Part shown: piece after piece, positions 29,201-40,324 of the stretch
How the letters are laid out: each line of letters starts with the position of its first letter
Numbering within the stretch: the first letter of the stretch is position 1
Source: Callorhinchus milii
Lineage: Eukaryota
Assembly: GCF_018977255.1 (NCBI RefSeq)
Contig: NW_024704742.1
Location: 77,812,001-77,876,000 of the forward strand
Length of the DNA stretch: 64,000 nt
Reading direction: 5' to 3'
Position numbers and translations under genes: made by a program
The notes under the pieces: model-generated
The model's database searches: none
The model's input: the letters and a program-made list of their open reading frames with translations, nothing else
What the model was told of the DNA's origin: nothing

Positions 29201-32200
29201 TGAATTATCACAAAATATGAGAATAAGAGTGAATAAGAATAAGAGTGATTGGTTAAATGGGACCTGCAGAAACCAGGATTGCTATGGAGCAGAGTTAGCC
29301 CAACGTATTATAGCCGGTGGAACCATCTACACACACACTATATTGTTAAAATGTCATAGGTCTGTTTGAAAATTGAGTTGTTCTACTCGTGTCTCAAAAC
29401 TATAAATTCTGAATACATTGGCTGATTACAAGTGATGTTGGTAATAACAGGGGCCCAATGATTCCCTGGGAATTAGCATTGCGGGAGGAACAGGAAGCCC
29501 ACTCGGAGATGTTCCCATTTTTATTGCAATGATGCAACCAAATGGAGTGGCAGCCCAGACACAGAAAATGCGGGTAAGTACCTGTGTGTTAAAACTATTT
29601 TGAGGTAACATTTACAAAGATTCTCTTAATGTTTTTGTCACAATTATTTTGGCACAAAACCACATTTAATTTTTGTTCTATACGGCCTGATATGTAGGTT
29701 GGAGACAGAATTGTAAGCATTTGTGGGAAGCCTACAGAGGGCTTGACTCACTCCCAGGCTGTTAGCTTACTCAAGAGTGCTTCAGGTCAAATTGAATTAC
29801 AGGTATGAAAAAGCTTAATGTACTTTTATTTAGAATATTACGCTTGCTGCTGTTTTGATTGGTCTATGAATCACAATACTTTTAGATAACATTATATCCA
29901 GTTTGCCTCATATCCCCTGCCCTACCTACTCCATTATTAGCAGTCGGCCTTTCAGCCAATCTGCCCTCATTCTCTGGAACTTCATCCCTGAATCCCTCCT
30001 ACACGCCCCCCTCTCATCTCTTTCAAAGACTGTCTCAAGACCTTCCTCTTCAACTCCGGCTTCAGTCATCTTTCCTCCCCCCCCCCATTCCCACCCCAGC
30101 TTGGGCGCCAAGCCAGGACTGTCAAGTGCCTTCGGACGTCCTGTGAAGTGACATTGAAACGCTGTGGTCAGCAACAACATTGGTGTTTTGGCAACAGCAA
30201 CTGCAAGTAGATCACCAGACTGAGGAAGCAGAACTAGTGATCTTAACAAGTAACATCTATCACATAGTCACTGCAGGAATTAACATGGTTTTAAGCTGTT
30301 TCTAATACCACTTGTGATGACAATCGTTTGTAGGTAGTAGCAGGAGGTGACGTTGGTGTCATAACTAGTCAGCAGCAGGAACATGGTGGAACCACTCTCT
30401 CTCTCTCAGGGCTGACAGCGAGCAGCATCCTTCATGACGATCTGGGGTATGTATCATGTACTGGCTGACAAAACATGCAATAAGGTGAACTTATTGGTGA
30501 AATTCTAAAACTCCCAAACACTTTTCGTAGAAAATTTTTCAGCCACAAGAATAACATACGCCTAATAATAATCCCTCCAAAAACCCCCCAAAAATAATAA
30601 ATTGGTCATTTTCAATCTACGACTGTTTGTGGGACATTGCTGTGAGCAATTGGCTGCCGCGTTCGCCCACAAATATACAGTCAATTCACTTTACAGTGTG
30701 TTCTGTGAAGCGCTTCGGGACGTCCTCCCGACGTGAAAAGCGCTATATCAAATGCAAGGATTATTATTATTTATAACACCTTTTATTGAAAATCCAGTCT
30801 CTAGTAATATTTTATAGGATTTTTAAATTTCAAATTTTTGATTGGTCTATGAATCGCAATAATTTTAGATTCCGTTATATCCCGTTTGTCTCATATCCCC
30901 TGCCCTACCTACTCCACTATTAGTAGTCGGCCTTTCAGTCAATCTGCCCCCATTCTCTGGAATTTCATCCCAGAGTACCTCAAAGTAACTAATATAATAG
31001 CCATATTATTATCTTTGTTAACAATTTGTTATGGAATAATATTTTTAGATGTTTTCTCTCATTCAATATTGCATTTTAGATGTTTTCTCTAGTCTAGTAT
31101 TTGTTATTAGATGCTGAATTTCAGAATATTTGAATGTGACCTATTGAACATTTTGTTTTAATGTGACTCAATTAGATGACATACTACAGCAACATATGCA
31201 TTGGAATTGAGCAGGACATGATTGGCATCCATAGCAATAGACAGTGAATATCTGACTGGCTGAGCTGTTGAGGAAAACGCTCAGTGGAGGCTAGCTATTT
31301 TCCAGCATTTGCAAGGTTCACGTGGAAGTTGCTTCCAGTTAAAACAATAGTGGGCTAGATTTCAGAGAAAAATTATAAAGTACTTAATACATTAAAAGCA
31401 ACAGTTGAGATTATACCTTTAGTCTTACAATGGGTTTCAAACCCGATATTTACAAACAAGAATTGTTCTGTTCATTGTTCTGCTACTCGTAAATTACGAT
31501 GATCAGATTGTGTTTCCCACTGACGTTTTACTTGCTTATTTTCTGCGTTTCAGTAAGTTTTGATTATTGCAATGAGCAATATCTACTTTGTGCTTGTCAT
31601 AAAGAATGATAATAAGCCCAGAAAATATGAAAATACTTAACTCAAGCCACTTCAATTACTTTTTTAGGCCTCCACAGTATAAGACCATCACATTGGAGAG
31701 AGGGCCTGATGGTCTAGGATTTAGCATTGTTGGTGGATATGGCAGCCCTCATGGAGACCTACCTATTTATGTAAAGACTGTGTTTGCAAAGGTAAGTAGA
31801 TAGGAGGCGTTCTCCTGAATTTTTGAATTACTGTTGAGATATAGACTTCTAACACTTTGAAAATGCAAAGTATTACATTTTCATGTGGGGAATTGAGATT
31901 AGAGTAGATAACTCCAGCGAATGAGGTAGCACCAGGATAGCATCAATGGGCTGGATTTCTGAAGTATATTTAACATTATTTTAATTGTACATGATGTATA
32001 AAAAAAGTGCTCTCTTAGGATCCATTGCCTGTTGTTGTATTAAGTTTTATGGACCATGAAGGTTCTACAGTTGGTCTCATTAATGATGGTTTAAAGGAGA
32101 AAATATCAGTCAAGGTTTCCATTCATGCTCTCCAGTGACCCTTGCTAGAACGTATGTATTTCTGAATATGAATAGAAGACAACTTTGGACCCAGGTGGGA

Positions 32201-33411
32201 TGCCCTCACAGTTAAATAGCCTAGGCTCACATATAAAAAATTGGCTTCTTGGAACAGACATTGAATGATTCTTGGACCCCAGAAACCCGTACCCCTTCAT
32301 GAATGATGTTTTGGGGAGGAGAGAGAGAAAGAGGAAATAAATAAGTTCAAAAAGGTTATGCCTTAATTACTTCCTGAAGCTCGTATTTCCTTGAATGTCT
32401 TCCAAGGTTACGTGTGAAAAGAAGGAATTAACTTTAATTGTACATTTTTGCAGAGATGCAATTCCAGAAATGCATCCTTGATTCTAACAGTATGGCACTT
32501 ACGGAACTGAATGTTGTGCATTTGTTGAAAAAATGAATGGCTGATTTCTGAGTTCTGCATAATGCATCTTAAACAATAACTTGCATTTATATAATCTTAT
32601 TTCACCTCAAAATTTAGGAATTGAGTTTCAGAGCAAAGACTAATGGTGATTGAATAATGTCGGGAATCCAAGGAGTGGGGCACAAGAGGCAAACTAGAAT
32701 TTGAAACATGGAAGCAAAGTTTGAAGATTACACAAATAGGATGAATTAGACTGAGGGATTTGAAGATGAGGATCTTGTTAATTGATTTGTTTTGGAATGG
32801 ACACAGTGGAGCTTGGCAAATGTAGGGTTGATGGGAGTCTGGGGACCTTGTTGAGGAAAGGAATTGGGCTATGGATGTTCTGAACGAGTTGAAGTGAAGA
32901 GTGGAGTAAATGGTGCCAGCGTTTAGCATCAGTGAGGAAGGGGCGAATGCTATATATCTTAATATTCCAGTCTGGGAAAAGGCATTCCTGCTGATGGATC
33001 AGATTAGACATTTGAAATTCAACTCGGGATTGAATAGAATGCCAAGGTTTCACAAGTTGTTAAAAAGGCAAATTGAAAATTCTGGGGAGTGAAGAAGGAT
33101 TGAGAGATCTGATGACAAGGCAGGTATTTAGACGTGAGACTTTATCAAAAAGGGATGGAATTATTGAAAGGAATGCCCTTTTCCTTTCCTACATTGTTAT
33201 GTTTTCAAGTACCCGAAAATGTCCAGAATAACCTGTGCTGATCTAAATTTGATGCAATATTTAGGGGGCAGCTGCAGAAGATGGTCGACTGAAACGTGGA
33301 GACCAAATCATTGCTGTCAATGGGCAAAGTCTGGAGGGTGTTACTCACGAAGAAGCTGTTGGTATTCTCAAACGCACAAAGGGTCGAGTCACACTTACGG
33401 TACTCTCTTGA
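5020..33411 (+). CDS. MPDZ: MPDZ (multiple PDZ domain protein, MUPP1), 3' part: 19 exons encoding PDZ8-PDZ13; 5' part lies upstream of the window
   Basis: Spliced translation runs from [44 protein letters not shown] to [20 protein letters not shown]. It is colinear with the human MPDZ C-terminus as recalled, and all intron phases are compatible. Confidence 0.96.
6005..6952 (+). mobile_element. 5'-truncated L2 LINE
   Basis: [13 protein letters not shown] 6138-6809 with [30 protein letters not shown] tail. Confidence 0.9.
7188..7279 (+). CDS. MPDZ: MPDZ exon (PDZ8 C-part)
   Basis: tttgcag| [30 protein letters not shown](R) |gtgggt. Confidence 0.95.
9340..9625 (+). mobile_element. CR1-like RT C-terminal remnant
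   Basis: Degraded [14 protein letters not shown] motif; a similar remnant lies at about 14090-14330. Confidence 0.5.
10176..10260 (+). CDS. MPDZ: MPDZ exon (linker)
   Basis: ttctag| [28 protein letters not shown] |gtacat. Confidence 0.9.
11245..11620 (+). mobile_element. L2 3' fragment
   Basis: [14 protein letters not shown]...[10 protein letters not shown]...FKTRLKT. Confidence 0.85.
11773..11850 (+). CDS. MPDZ: MPDZ exon (linker/PDZ9 start)
   Basis: ttccag| [26 protein letters not shown] |gcaagt (GC donor). Confidence 0.88.
12346..12438 (+). CDS. MPDZ: MPDZ exon (PDZ9)
   Basis: tacag| [31 protein letters not shown] |gtaagt. Confidence 0.95.
12745..13155 (-). mobile_element. older DeuSINE-like element
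   Basis: tRNA-like head, Deu-type core and L2-like tail; similar copies at about 9650-9930, 33775-34072, 36760-37170 and 40360-40662. Confidence 0.7.
14956..15030 (+). CDS. MPDZ: MPDZ exon (PDZ9)
   Basis: cacag| [25 protein letters not shown] |gtattt. Confidence 0.95.
15293..15417. repeat. 25-bp minisatellite, 5 copies
   Basis: (TTACAGGGCACTGCTGATGACAGCA)x5 with one substitution in copy 4; no spacers. Confidence 0.97.
16746..16926 (+). CDS. MPDZ: MPDZ exon (PDZ9 end/linker)
   Basis: cctag| [20 protein letters not shown]...VDSINK |gtaagt. Confidence 0.9.
17945..18320 (-). mobile_element. tRNA-derived SINE, medium-length subfamily
   Basis: Same internal gtttacctagcagtaagtaggaa block as 3363-3626 and 51259-51619. 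Confidence 0.85.
18676..18821 (+). CDS. MPDZ: MPDZ exon (PDZ10 start)
   Basis: ttttgag| SSRALTP...[32 protein letters not shown] |gtgagt; the acceptor is GAG. Confidence 0.9.
18955..19038 (+). CDS. MPDZ: MPDZ exon (PDZ10)
   Basis: aatag| [28 protein letters not shown] |gtaatt. Confidence 0.96.
19524..19717 (+). CDS. MPDZ: MPDZ exon (PDZ10/PDZ11)
   Basis: ctatag| [23 protein letters not shown]...[13 protein letters not shown](R) |gtagcg. Confidence 0.96.
20767..21084 (-). mobile_element. young short tRNA-derived SINE
   Basis: GGAGTCCTGTAGCTCAGTGGTTAGAGC head (A box), GTTCAATTCC (B box), (TTA)n tail, ACTT on both flanks. Confidence 0.93.
21274..21421 (+). CDS. MPDZ: MPDZ exon (PDZ11)
   Basis: ctacag| [14 protein letters not shown]...[10 protein letters not shown] |gtctga. 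Confidence 0.96.
21760..21999. repeat. degenerate (TG)/(TC) microsatellite
   Basis: Visible low-complexity tract. Confidence 0.9.
23072..23155 (+). CDS. MPDZ: MPDZ exon (PDZ11 end)
   Basis: cttcag| [28 protein letters not shown] |gttagt. Confidence 0.95.
26086..26188 (+). CDS. MPDZ: MPDZ exon (linker)
   Basis: ccttag| [34 protein letters not shown] |gtaaga. Confidence 0.9.
27205..27518 (+). mobile_element. L2 3' fragment
   Basis: TLWNSI...FKAGLKT motif plus gggacgtcctcccgacatgaaaggcgct tail. Confidence 0.8.
28735..28775 (+). CDS. MPDZ: MPDZ short exon (PDZ12 start)
   Basis: tgaag| (W)[13 protein letters not shown] |gtgagt; phase 1 to 0 fits both neighbours. Confidence 0.9.
29451..29573 (+). 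CDS. MPDZ: MPDZ exon (PDZ12)
   Basis: aacag| [41 protein letters not shown] |gtaagt. Confidence 0.96.
29698..29802 (+). CDS. MPDZ: MPDZ exon (PDZ12)
   Basis: tgtag| [35 protein letters not shown] |gtatga. Confidence 0.96.
30334..30446 (+). CDS. MPDZ: MPDZ exon (linker)
   Basis: tgtag| [19 protein letters not shown]...SSILHDDL(G) |gtatgt. Confidence 0.94.
30560..30773 (+). mobile_element. 5'-truncated young SINE
   Basis: Matches the 3' two-thirds of the 55809 copy. Confidence 0.9.
31668..31791 (+). CDS. MPDZ: MPDZ exon (PDZ13)
   Basis: ttttag| [41 protein letters not shown] |gtaagt. Confidence 0.97.
33265..33411 (+). CDS. MPDZ: MPDZ last coding exon (PDZ13 end, TGA stop)
   Basis: tttag| [48 protein letters not shown]. 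Confidence 0.97.
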   Translation, partial: GAAAEDGRLKRGDQIIAVNGQSLEGVTHEEAVGILKRTKGRVTLTVLS

Positions 33412-33774
33412 GGTGCGTTTCTAGAGAACACTATGACGTTATTCGGGTGAAGATTATCAAAGAAGATGAAATTGTTATTGATTATAAATGCAGTATCATT
33501 GCATTATAGCAAGCGTATTTTGTAATGTAATTTTGTAATGTAATATTCATTAATGTATCACTGGGGATTAATGAGTTAATGTTTAAAGTATGTGCTGTGA
33601 AGGTTATTTGTTGAAAAAAATACAAATATGCAATTTGAGCTTAAAACAAATCGATGAACAAAATTAAATATTTGTGGTTTGCATTTTATGTCAGAAAGAT
33701 AGAGAATCAAGCAAAGTATGTTTAATTTTTTTTAAACACGCAGTATTATGTTACTAATTTATGTACACCCTGTT

Positions 33775-34072
33775 TAATGAGACGTTAAACCGAGGTCCAG
33801 TCTGCCTGTTCAGGTGGACGTTAAAGATGCCATGACACTATTTGAAAAGAGAAGCGAGTTTCTCCTGCTGTCCTGGCCAACAAATCCCCCCAAAAAATAA
33901 TTGGTCACTCACTCCATGACTGTTTGTGGGCCACTGCTCTGCGCAACTGGCTGCCTTATTTCGGCCATAAAATACACAGTCACTCGACTTCACAGTATAT
34001 CCTGTGAAGTACTTTGAGACGTCTTGACAACGTTATAAGGCGCTATATCAAATTGCAAGGATTATTATTATT
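33775..34072 (+). mobile_element. DeuSINE-like element in the MPDZ 3' UTR region
   Basis: tgagacgttaaaccgaggtcc...caggtggacgttaaagatgccatg core resembles the Deu domain as recalled. Confidence 0.75.
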
Positions 34073-35236
34073 AAGAAATTCCTTTACAAAGCACAAACTT
34101 ATCAAAAAATAGAAATAAAAGTTTTGTTCTAAAATACACTAATACAATCCCTTTACTATGAGGGAACAACAGCAATAAATTACATTTGTAAAGCATCTTT
34201 CACATCGGGAAGACGTCCCAAAGCGCTGGACATTATGTATGACCCCTGCATTTGTTAAAATTAAATGGTGGAGATTTCTGAAGGATTTTCAGTAAATGGA
34301 TTAAACTTAACATTTTATTATTTGTAATAATATGTTAAAGAATTCCCTTGAGTAGCACCAGGTAGATCTCGAATTTTTAGATCATTCTTTTCATATTTAA
34401 GAACTAGCTTTTATTTAAAACTGAGTATAATGACTAGCTTCCTGTATGTGACTCACAGTTTTCAAGGAAACAAGCAAATGGGGGGGAGGAATAAGGTAAT
34501 CTAAAAAGGAAAAATATGAAAGAGTTTGATAAAACTAGAGAAAGGAATTGTAGCAAGGAAAAGAAAAACATGAATTTGACAAAGAACATTGAGATTGAAA
34601 ATAGCTTTTGCAATGTAATGTTCCACTGATGACCATTTGAGGCTGTCTTAATACTAAATTCTTGGGAATATTTTAGGTAGTACTACTGTGAAAGAAAATG
34701 CAGTTGCAAATACAGTACAATGCTTTACAGGATTTTTAAAATACTAACCAGCAGATGCAGAAATCTGCTTCCACTCTAATCTATTTAACAGTATGACTGT
34801 TCATTTTACAGTGTTCTGGTCCAACTCAATTATGTAACTTAGATAAATGTAACAATGTTCGAGAAACAAACAATACTGAGACACATCTGTGCACAACTGA
34901 GAATAAATGTTCAAGCCGTCTGCTTTTATACAAGTATTAGAGCAAAGTTCCTGAATTTTCTTGTGCAATACTTAATTGTGGACAAGAATTTAAACTGTTT
35001 CACTTCTGAGACTTATCTGAATTTTGTTTCACACACTAATTGTTTTATTTTCCTGCAAGACATTTTCTACCCATTATGGTTTAACATATTGAGTCTTTTG
35101 AATGTATTATTATTGTTAATAACCTATTATTAACCTTAGCAGTATTGTGTACTTTTATCAATAGTGATTTTTAGTAGCTGCATAGACTTTTAGCATTTTA
35201 AGAACAGTCAAATATGTTTTTTGTCATTCGCAACTG

Positions 35237-35242
35237 AATAAA
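35237..35242 (+). promoter_or_regulatory. candidate MPDZ polyadenylation signal
   Basis: AATAAA followed by T/GT-rich sequence; other AATAAA hexamers at 34114, 34174 and 34902 are also possible. Confidence 0.45.
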
Positions 35243-35578
35243 AGTACAACTTGTTTGCCTGTAATCACTGTTTTGAATCATATTTATTTCTGACTTCATT
35301 ACATAACTTATACTGAATTTAAACTTGGGGAAAATAATTTTTAATCATTTCATTTAATATCATATGTGCATACGTTATTAAGGCTACCAAGAACGCCAAA
35401 GGAAAGCAAATTCAGTTCATCACTGCCCTTTTCCAGGGTTGCTGATTTGCACGAGGCTCAGATTCCCACTGAGCTGAGTCAGAAGGTTGTGGGTTCAAGC
35501 CCCTCGTCAGACTAACACTCCAATGCAGTGCTGGGGAGCAGAGTTGCATTGTCAAAAGTACCATCCTTCAAATGAGAC

Positions 35579-36363
35579 AAAAACAAAAAATTGTGTTTAT
35601 ATAGCACCTTTCATATCGGGGAGCACCCCAAGGCATTGGACTGATCTGGGAGTTGAAATCAATATGGATGAAGGGGCAGGGGAGTGTGGTTGGGAAGATG
35701 ACCGAAGGCACAGTCAAAGAGGAAGGTCTTGAGACAGGCATTGAAGGAGGCAATGGATGGGGAAAAGTGGAGGGACTCTGGTATGGGAGTCCCAGAGGAT
35801 GGGGGTAGAAAGGTTGAAGGCACAGCTGCTGACGGTGGAGCGGGCAGGGCGGGGGTCATGGAGCAGTGCCTGCTGAGCAGAGGGAGCAGACCCGTTGGCA
35901 AAGTTTTAATGTATTTATTACAGAGTTAGAGGAGCAAGATTGTGGAGGACTTTAAAGATGAGGATGAGGATCTTGAACTCGATCCTCTGGGGAATGTGGA
36001 ACCAGTGGAGAATGGGGGTGAAGATTCACCGAGCTTAGTGCAGAAGAGGACACGAGCTACAATGGTTCTGAATAATCTGAGGCTTGCGGAGGGAAGAGTT
36101 GGGAAGTCCAGCGAGCAGGGAGTTAGCGTGGACATAATGAAAGCCGGGATGAAGGTCTCGGCAGCCTGAGGGGAGTGGTAGTGCCGGAGGCGGGCTATGT
36201 GGTGATGGTGGGGGAAGGCCGAAAGGATCGTGGCACGAGATTTAAAAGACAGTTGAAGGTTGAACAAGGCACCAAGGTTCCACATTGGCTCGGTGAGGTG
36301 GAGAATGCATTCGTGAATAATGATGCTGTCAGTACCTGAGGTGATGAAGTGCTGACGGGAGCC
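35579..36363 (-). mobile_element. L2 fragment inserted into a DeuSINE-like element (about 35455-36640)
   Basis: The host motif atgAGAC|gttaaac is split and AGAC is repeated on both sides (35575-35578, 36364-36367). Confidence 0.8.
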
Positions 36364-36700
36364 AGACGTTAAACTTGAAGTCCTGTCCGTGATTATGTGG
36401 ATATTGAAGGATTCCATTGCACTGTTTGAAAAGAGAAAGGAGTTTCTCCTCGTGGCTTGGCCAGCAAACCTCCTATTTTTAAAAAAAAGGTTATTCATTT
36501 CAAGGCTGTGCAAAGTGCAATGCTGTGTGCAAATTAGCTGCTATGTTCAACTCAAGTACACTTAGTACATTTTGTAGAAAACTCTGAAGCACTTTCACAT
36601 GTTTTGATGTGATAAGAAGCTATATCAAATGCAAGAATTATTAACTTCACCTGAGGATCTATAATATTATTTTTGGAAAGCTTTGGGTAAATTTATTTTC

Positions 36701-36717
36701 AGCACTAGATGGCAGTC
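36701..36717 (+). promoter_or_regulatory. CTCF-like motif between the convergent genes
   Basis: AGCACTAGATGGCAGT, close to the CCACYAGRKGGCRS consensus. Confidence 0.45.
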
Positions 36718-39700
36718 TATTCCATTATTAAAAACTGAACGGAAAGTTATTTCCTAAATTGAGTGTCAGCCTGCCTCAACTGGTTGTCTCGCGGCTGAGT
36801 CAGGAGGTTGTGTGTTTAAGCCCTACATCAGGGTCTGGAATCCATATAGTCTATGCTAATACCTCTCTGATGACACTCCAATTGAGTCCTCGGCTGTGCT
36901 GCATTGTTAGAGGTAGTGTCCTTCAGGTGAGACGTTAAACCAAGATCTGTAGGTCCAGGTGGATATTAAATACCCCATTGCACTATTCAGAAACAGAATG
37001 GAGATTTGCCTGGTGTCTAGGCTGCAAACACAGTCCGCCAAATAAATGGTTATTTGTGAGACATTGTTGAGCACAAATTGGCCTTCATGCACACCCACAA
37101 AGTACACACACACCACATTAAAGTATGTCCAGTGAAACACTTTGAGATGTCTTAACAGCATGATAAGGCACACAAAAACGTCAACACATTGACTTCAGAT
37201 TTGAATCTGTGAATGACAGGAAGAGAGCCCCAGAATATCCGCAGTACATTCTTGCTTCAAAACATTTCACAGTTTTTTTTACTTCCTTTGTGCAATGAGG
37301 CAGAAAGTTCAAGGGCAGCTAAGAAACAACAGATGAAATATTTCCTAATTAAAACGTCACTATGTTATTGGTAAAATGCATTGACTCTGGATCTTTTAGT
37401 AACAAGTAGAAAATGTCCTTAATGCACAAAATTGCTGAAATCCTCCATCTGGAATATAACCATTCTTACAGTTTTTTAAATAAGAATTTTGAGGTTTTAG
37501 CTGATGTAAAAGATGGATTCCACCAAAACCTCTCTCCCTGGGATGCTGAGAACTTCGGGAGGTTTTGTTTAAGCAGGACTTATTTAAGAAACATTTTGTT
37601 TACATTGGCGCACGTTGACCTGATTCTTAATGAAAGATAGCACCTACGCCTCATGGAGGTCTTGCCATCTGACAATATTTTCCACTACGCCCCCCACCCC
37701 CAAATCTCAATGATGGCGGTGTAGCTCTCATCTCCTTAACCTCTCCTGGCTTAGCTCTTTACTCCTCCAGTTGTTTGAGCACCACACCCTGTATCAGGTT
37801 TTTTTTCCTTCAAAATCCTAGCTCAACTTTCTCTCAGATCCTCTGACTAAGACTGCTTTTCTTCACATCTACCACATTATCCGAAACTCAGCTGCCTTTA
37901 TCTTGCCCACAACAAACTCTTGTGATGTCCATTATCCTAGTCCTTGGCTGATCGTACTGGCTCTATGACTCCCAACAGACCCATTTCACAATCTTCGCCT
38001 ATAAATCCCTTTGCCCTACTGAAGGGATGTGTAGGTGAGGACCCTTGCATCTTCCTATAACTTTCATCTCCTTCTATCGCACTTCTCTGATTACCCCCTC
38101 CACTCAGCTAACTCGGGCTCGATATGCGACCAACTCCCACCCCCCACCCACCCTTTGCGCCATTGGGTGCTTACGTTTCAAACTCTAGACCTCAAACATC
38201 TGGAAATCCTTCCCTCCTCCTCCATCATGTCTTCTCGATCTTTCTTCAGGTCTCACCTTAAAATTTACTTCTTTGACTCCGGCTATGGTCACCAACTACC
38301 TGATTGTACTGGCTCCATGACTCCCAATAGACCTATCTACCTTGTTTGACACCCAACCTCATAACTGAAGTGCTCCAAGATGTTATCCTATGTGAAGGGC
38401 TATATCAATTTATTGGTGTTTTTGGGGGAGGAAACCATGGCAGCAGCTGCAATGTTCAACATTACCTAAAAATACCCAAGTGTAGTACACAAATATTTTG
38501 TTCCGCCCAGGTGACGTTTTGTTATATGAAACGAAAAATGTTCTGTGCATAATCACAACTCGTGATTGGAGTCCTGTGAGGGGGAGATTCACGCAGGTGA
38601 TTTCAAAGCGAGGTCTAATGGAAATATCTTGTATTAGTCAGATGATCCACAAATTATAGAAGCTACTTCCTTTATGACTACTCTTAAAACTGTCGAATAA
38701 TTCCCCTGTTATATACCGTCGTTCAATCATGCGGTTGTAGTAGTCTACTGCCTTTAAAGACTGGACTCCTGTATGAAGCCACTCTATGAGCTAAATGGAT
38801 TGTAAAATGGAAGCTATCTCCAGCACAGCCCAATGACTGTTAACTTGATAGCTAGATGGGTTTACAGTGTGCCACATGCTGCCCTATGAGCAATGCCCAA
38901 GTGCCACAGTTAACACCAGCCACATCCTTTCTCAGCCATTCCTCATACTCTTAGTTTTAGGCCTGAAGTAGCATTTTTTATTATAAATTCAGGGTGCCAA
39001 TTCTTTGACTTAATTTTTCTCCCCACGGGCATATAACTCTGTTCCAGGTCCCCAGCCTCCTCATGCTGACGTTATCCTTCAGAAACTCTGTTCATATGTG
39101 AGCCTTGGCAGTGAATGTCAGCAGGGCAATTCGAGAGCATCACAGCTGTGCTTGACCTCTTCCCCCACCTGACTACCTCACATGCACACTACCATTACAG
39201 TTTGTCGAGGGATTCCTAGCTGGATTTCCTCTCCATAATGCTGGTTGGGGTGAGCAAGGGTGGGAGGTAAGCGGGGGAGCAGGGAGATGGAAGCGCGATC
39301 AAAAAGGAAGGACTTGAAGCAGATCTTGGAGGTGAGGGAAGGAGGAAGGCGAGGGGACTCGGGGGTGAGATCACAGATGCTATATGAAATGCATGGATTA
39401 AAGGCATTTGATGTTCTTTTCAGGGAAAATATGGCTTGTAGCTGCAGTGGTCAACATATCTAAAAATACCCAAGAGTAGAACGAAAATATTTTGTGTGTG
39501 CAGATAATGTAAACTTCTGCTCTAGCCACATCATCGGGGTTCCTCAAAAGTGGTACGGTATTTCATCGTCACAGATCAACATTGTTGAGTGTGTTGAGAT
39601 GTGTGTGTGGTGAGGGAGGGGGCTGGTTGGAATAGCTGAGGTGAAGTCATTTTCATTAACTTGCACCTTGTGGTAGTTACCAAAAGTTGCAAAATTTTAC

Positions 39701-40164
39701 CCCAACTAGTCAGCACCACTCAGACTCCAACTGTACTGCTCATCCAGTTAGCATGGCCACAGGCACAAGGGCTTGAAACAACCAAGATATTATATTAGAG
39801 TTCCCCTGTATTACAGTAAGAATGCTATTCATTTCATATATATCTAGAGAACACAATGACATATTGTTTCAAAATAAAGTGGTTAAAATATTTCTCTTGC
39901 TCTGCATTTCGTCTTTTCTTTCGCTATTCCCGCTTCTTCTCCTTTCTCCATGTATTCATTATATTCTCTATTTTTGTGTAAAGCATAGCTGAACTTCAGC
40001 AGAAAGACCTTCTGTTTAACAGAAGAAAATAACACGCAATGAAATAATTCCCTCCTAACATGAGAAACCGAAGAACTGTCATGTTGATTTCTCGCAAGAG
40101 GCTGAAAAGGCAATTCCAGAAAATGCTCGGACTAAAAGTGTTACGAAATAGAAGCGGCAGGGGA

Positions 40165-40200
40165 TTAACATAAAGTTCCTCTTTCTTGTAAATCTCCACA
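40165..40200 (-). CDS. candidate CD274-like exon 7 (C-terminus, TAA)
   Basis: ttctaatcag| CGDLQERGTLC*; phase 0 after an 80-nt intron. Confidence 0.42.
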   Translation of the reverse strand, partial: CGDLQERGTLC

Positions 40201-40280
40201 CTGATTAGAAATGGCACTAAATAAAACACACTATTCATTGAGATACTTAAATGTTTTTCTTACAGCTCATACTTGCTCAC

Positions 40281-40324
40281 CGTCACTTGGTTTGAACATT
40301 GATCTTTTTGATATGTCTCCATTC
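40281..40324 (-). CDS. candidate CD274-like exon 6 (cytoplasmic)
   Basis: acacag| (G)METYQKDQCSNQVT |gtgagc; phase 1 to 0; weak pyrimidine tract. Confidence 0.45.

Noticed and set aside
33219..33509. 96-aa ORF overlapping the MPDZ last exon
   Set aside because: It is an out-of-frame shadow of the real exon.
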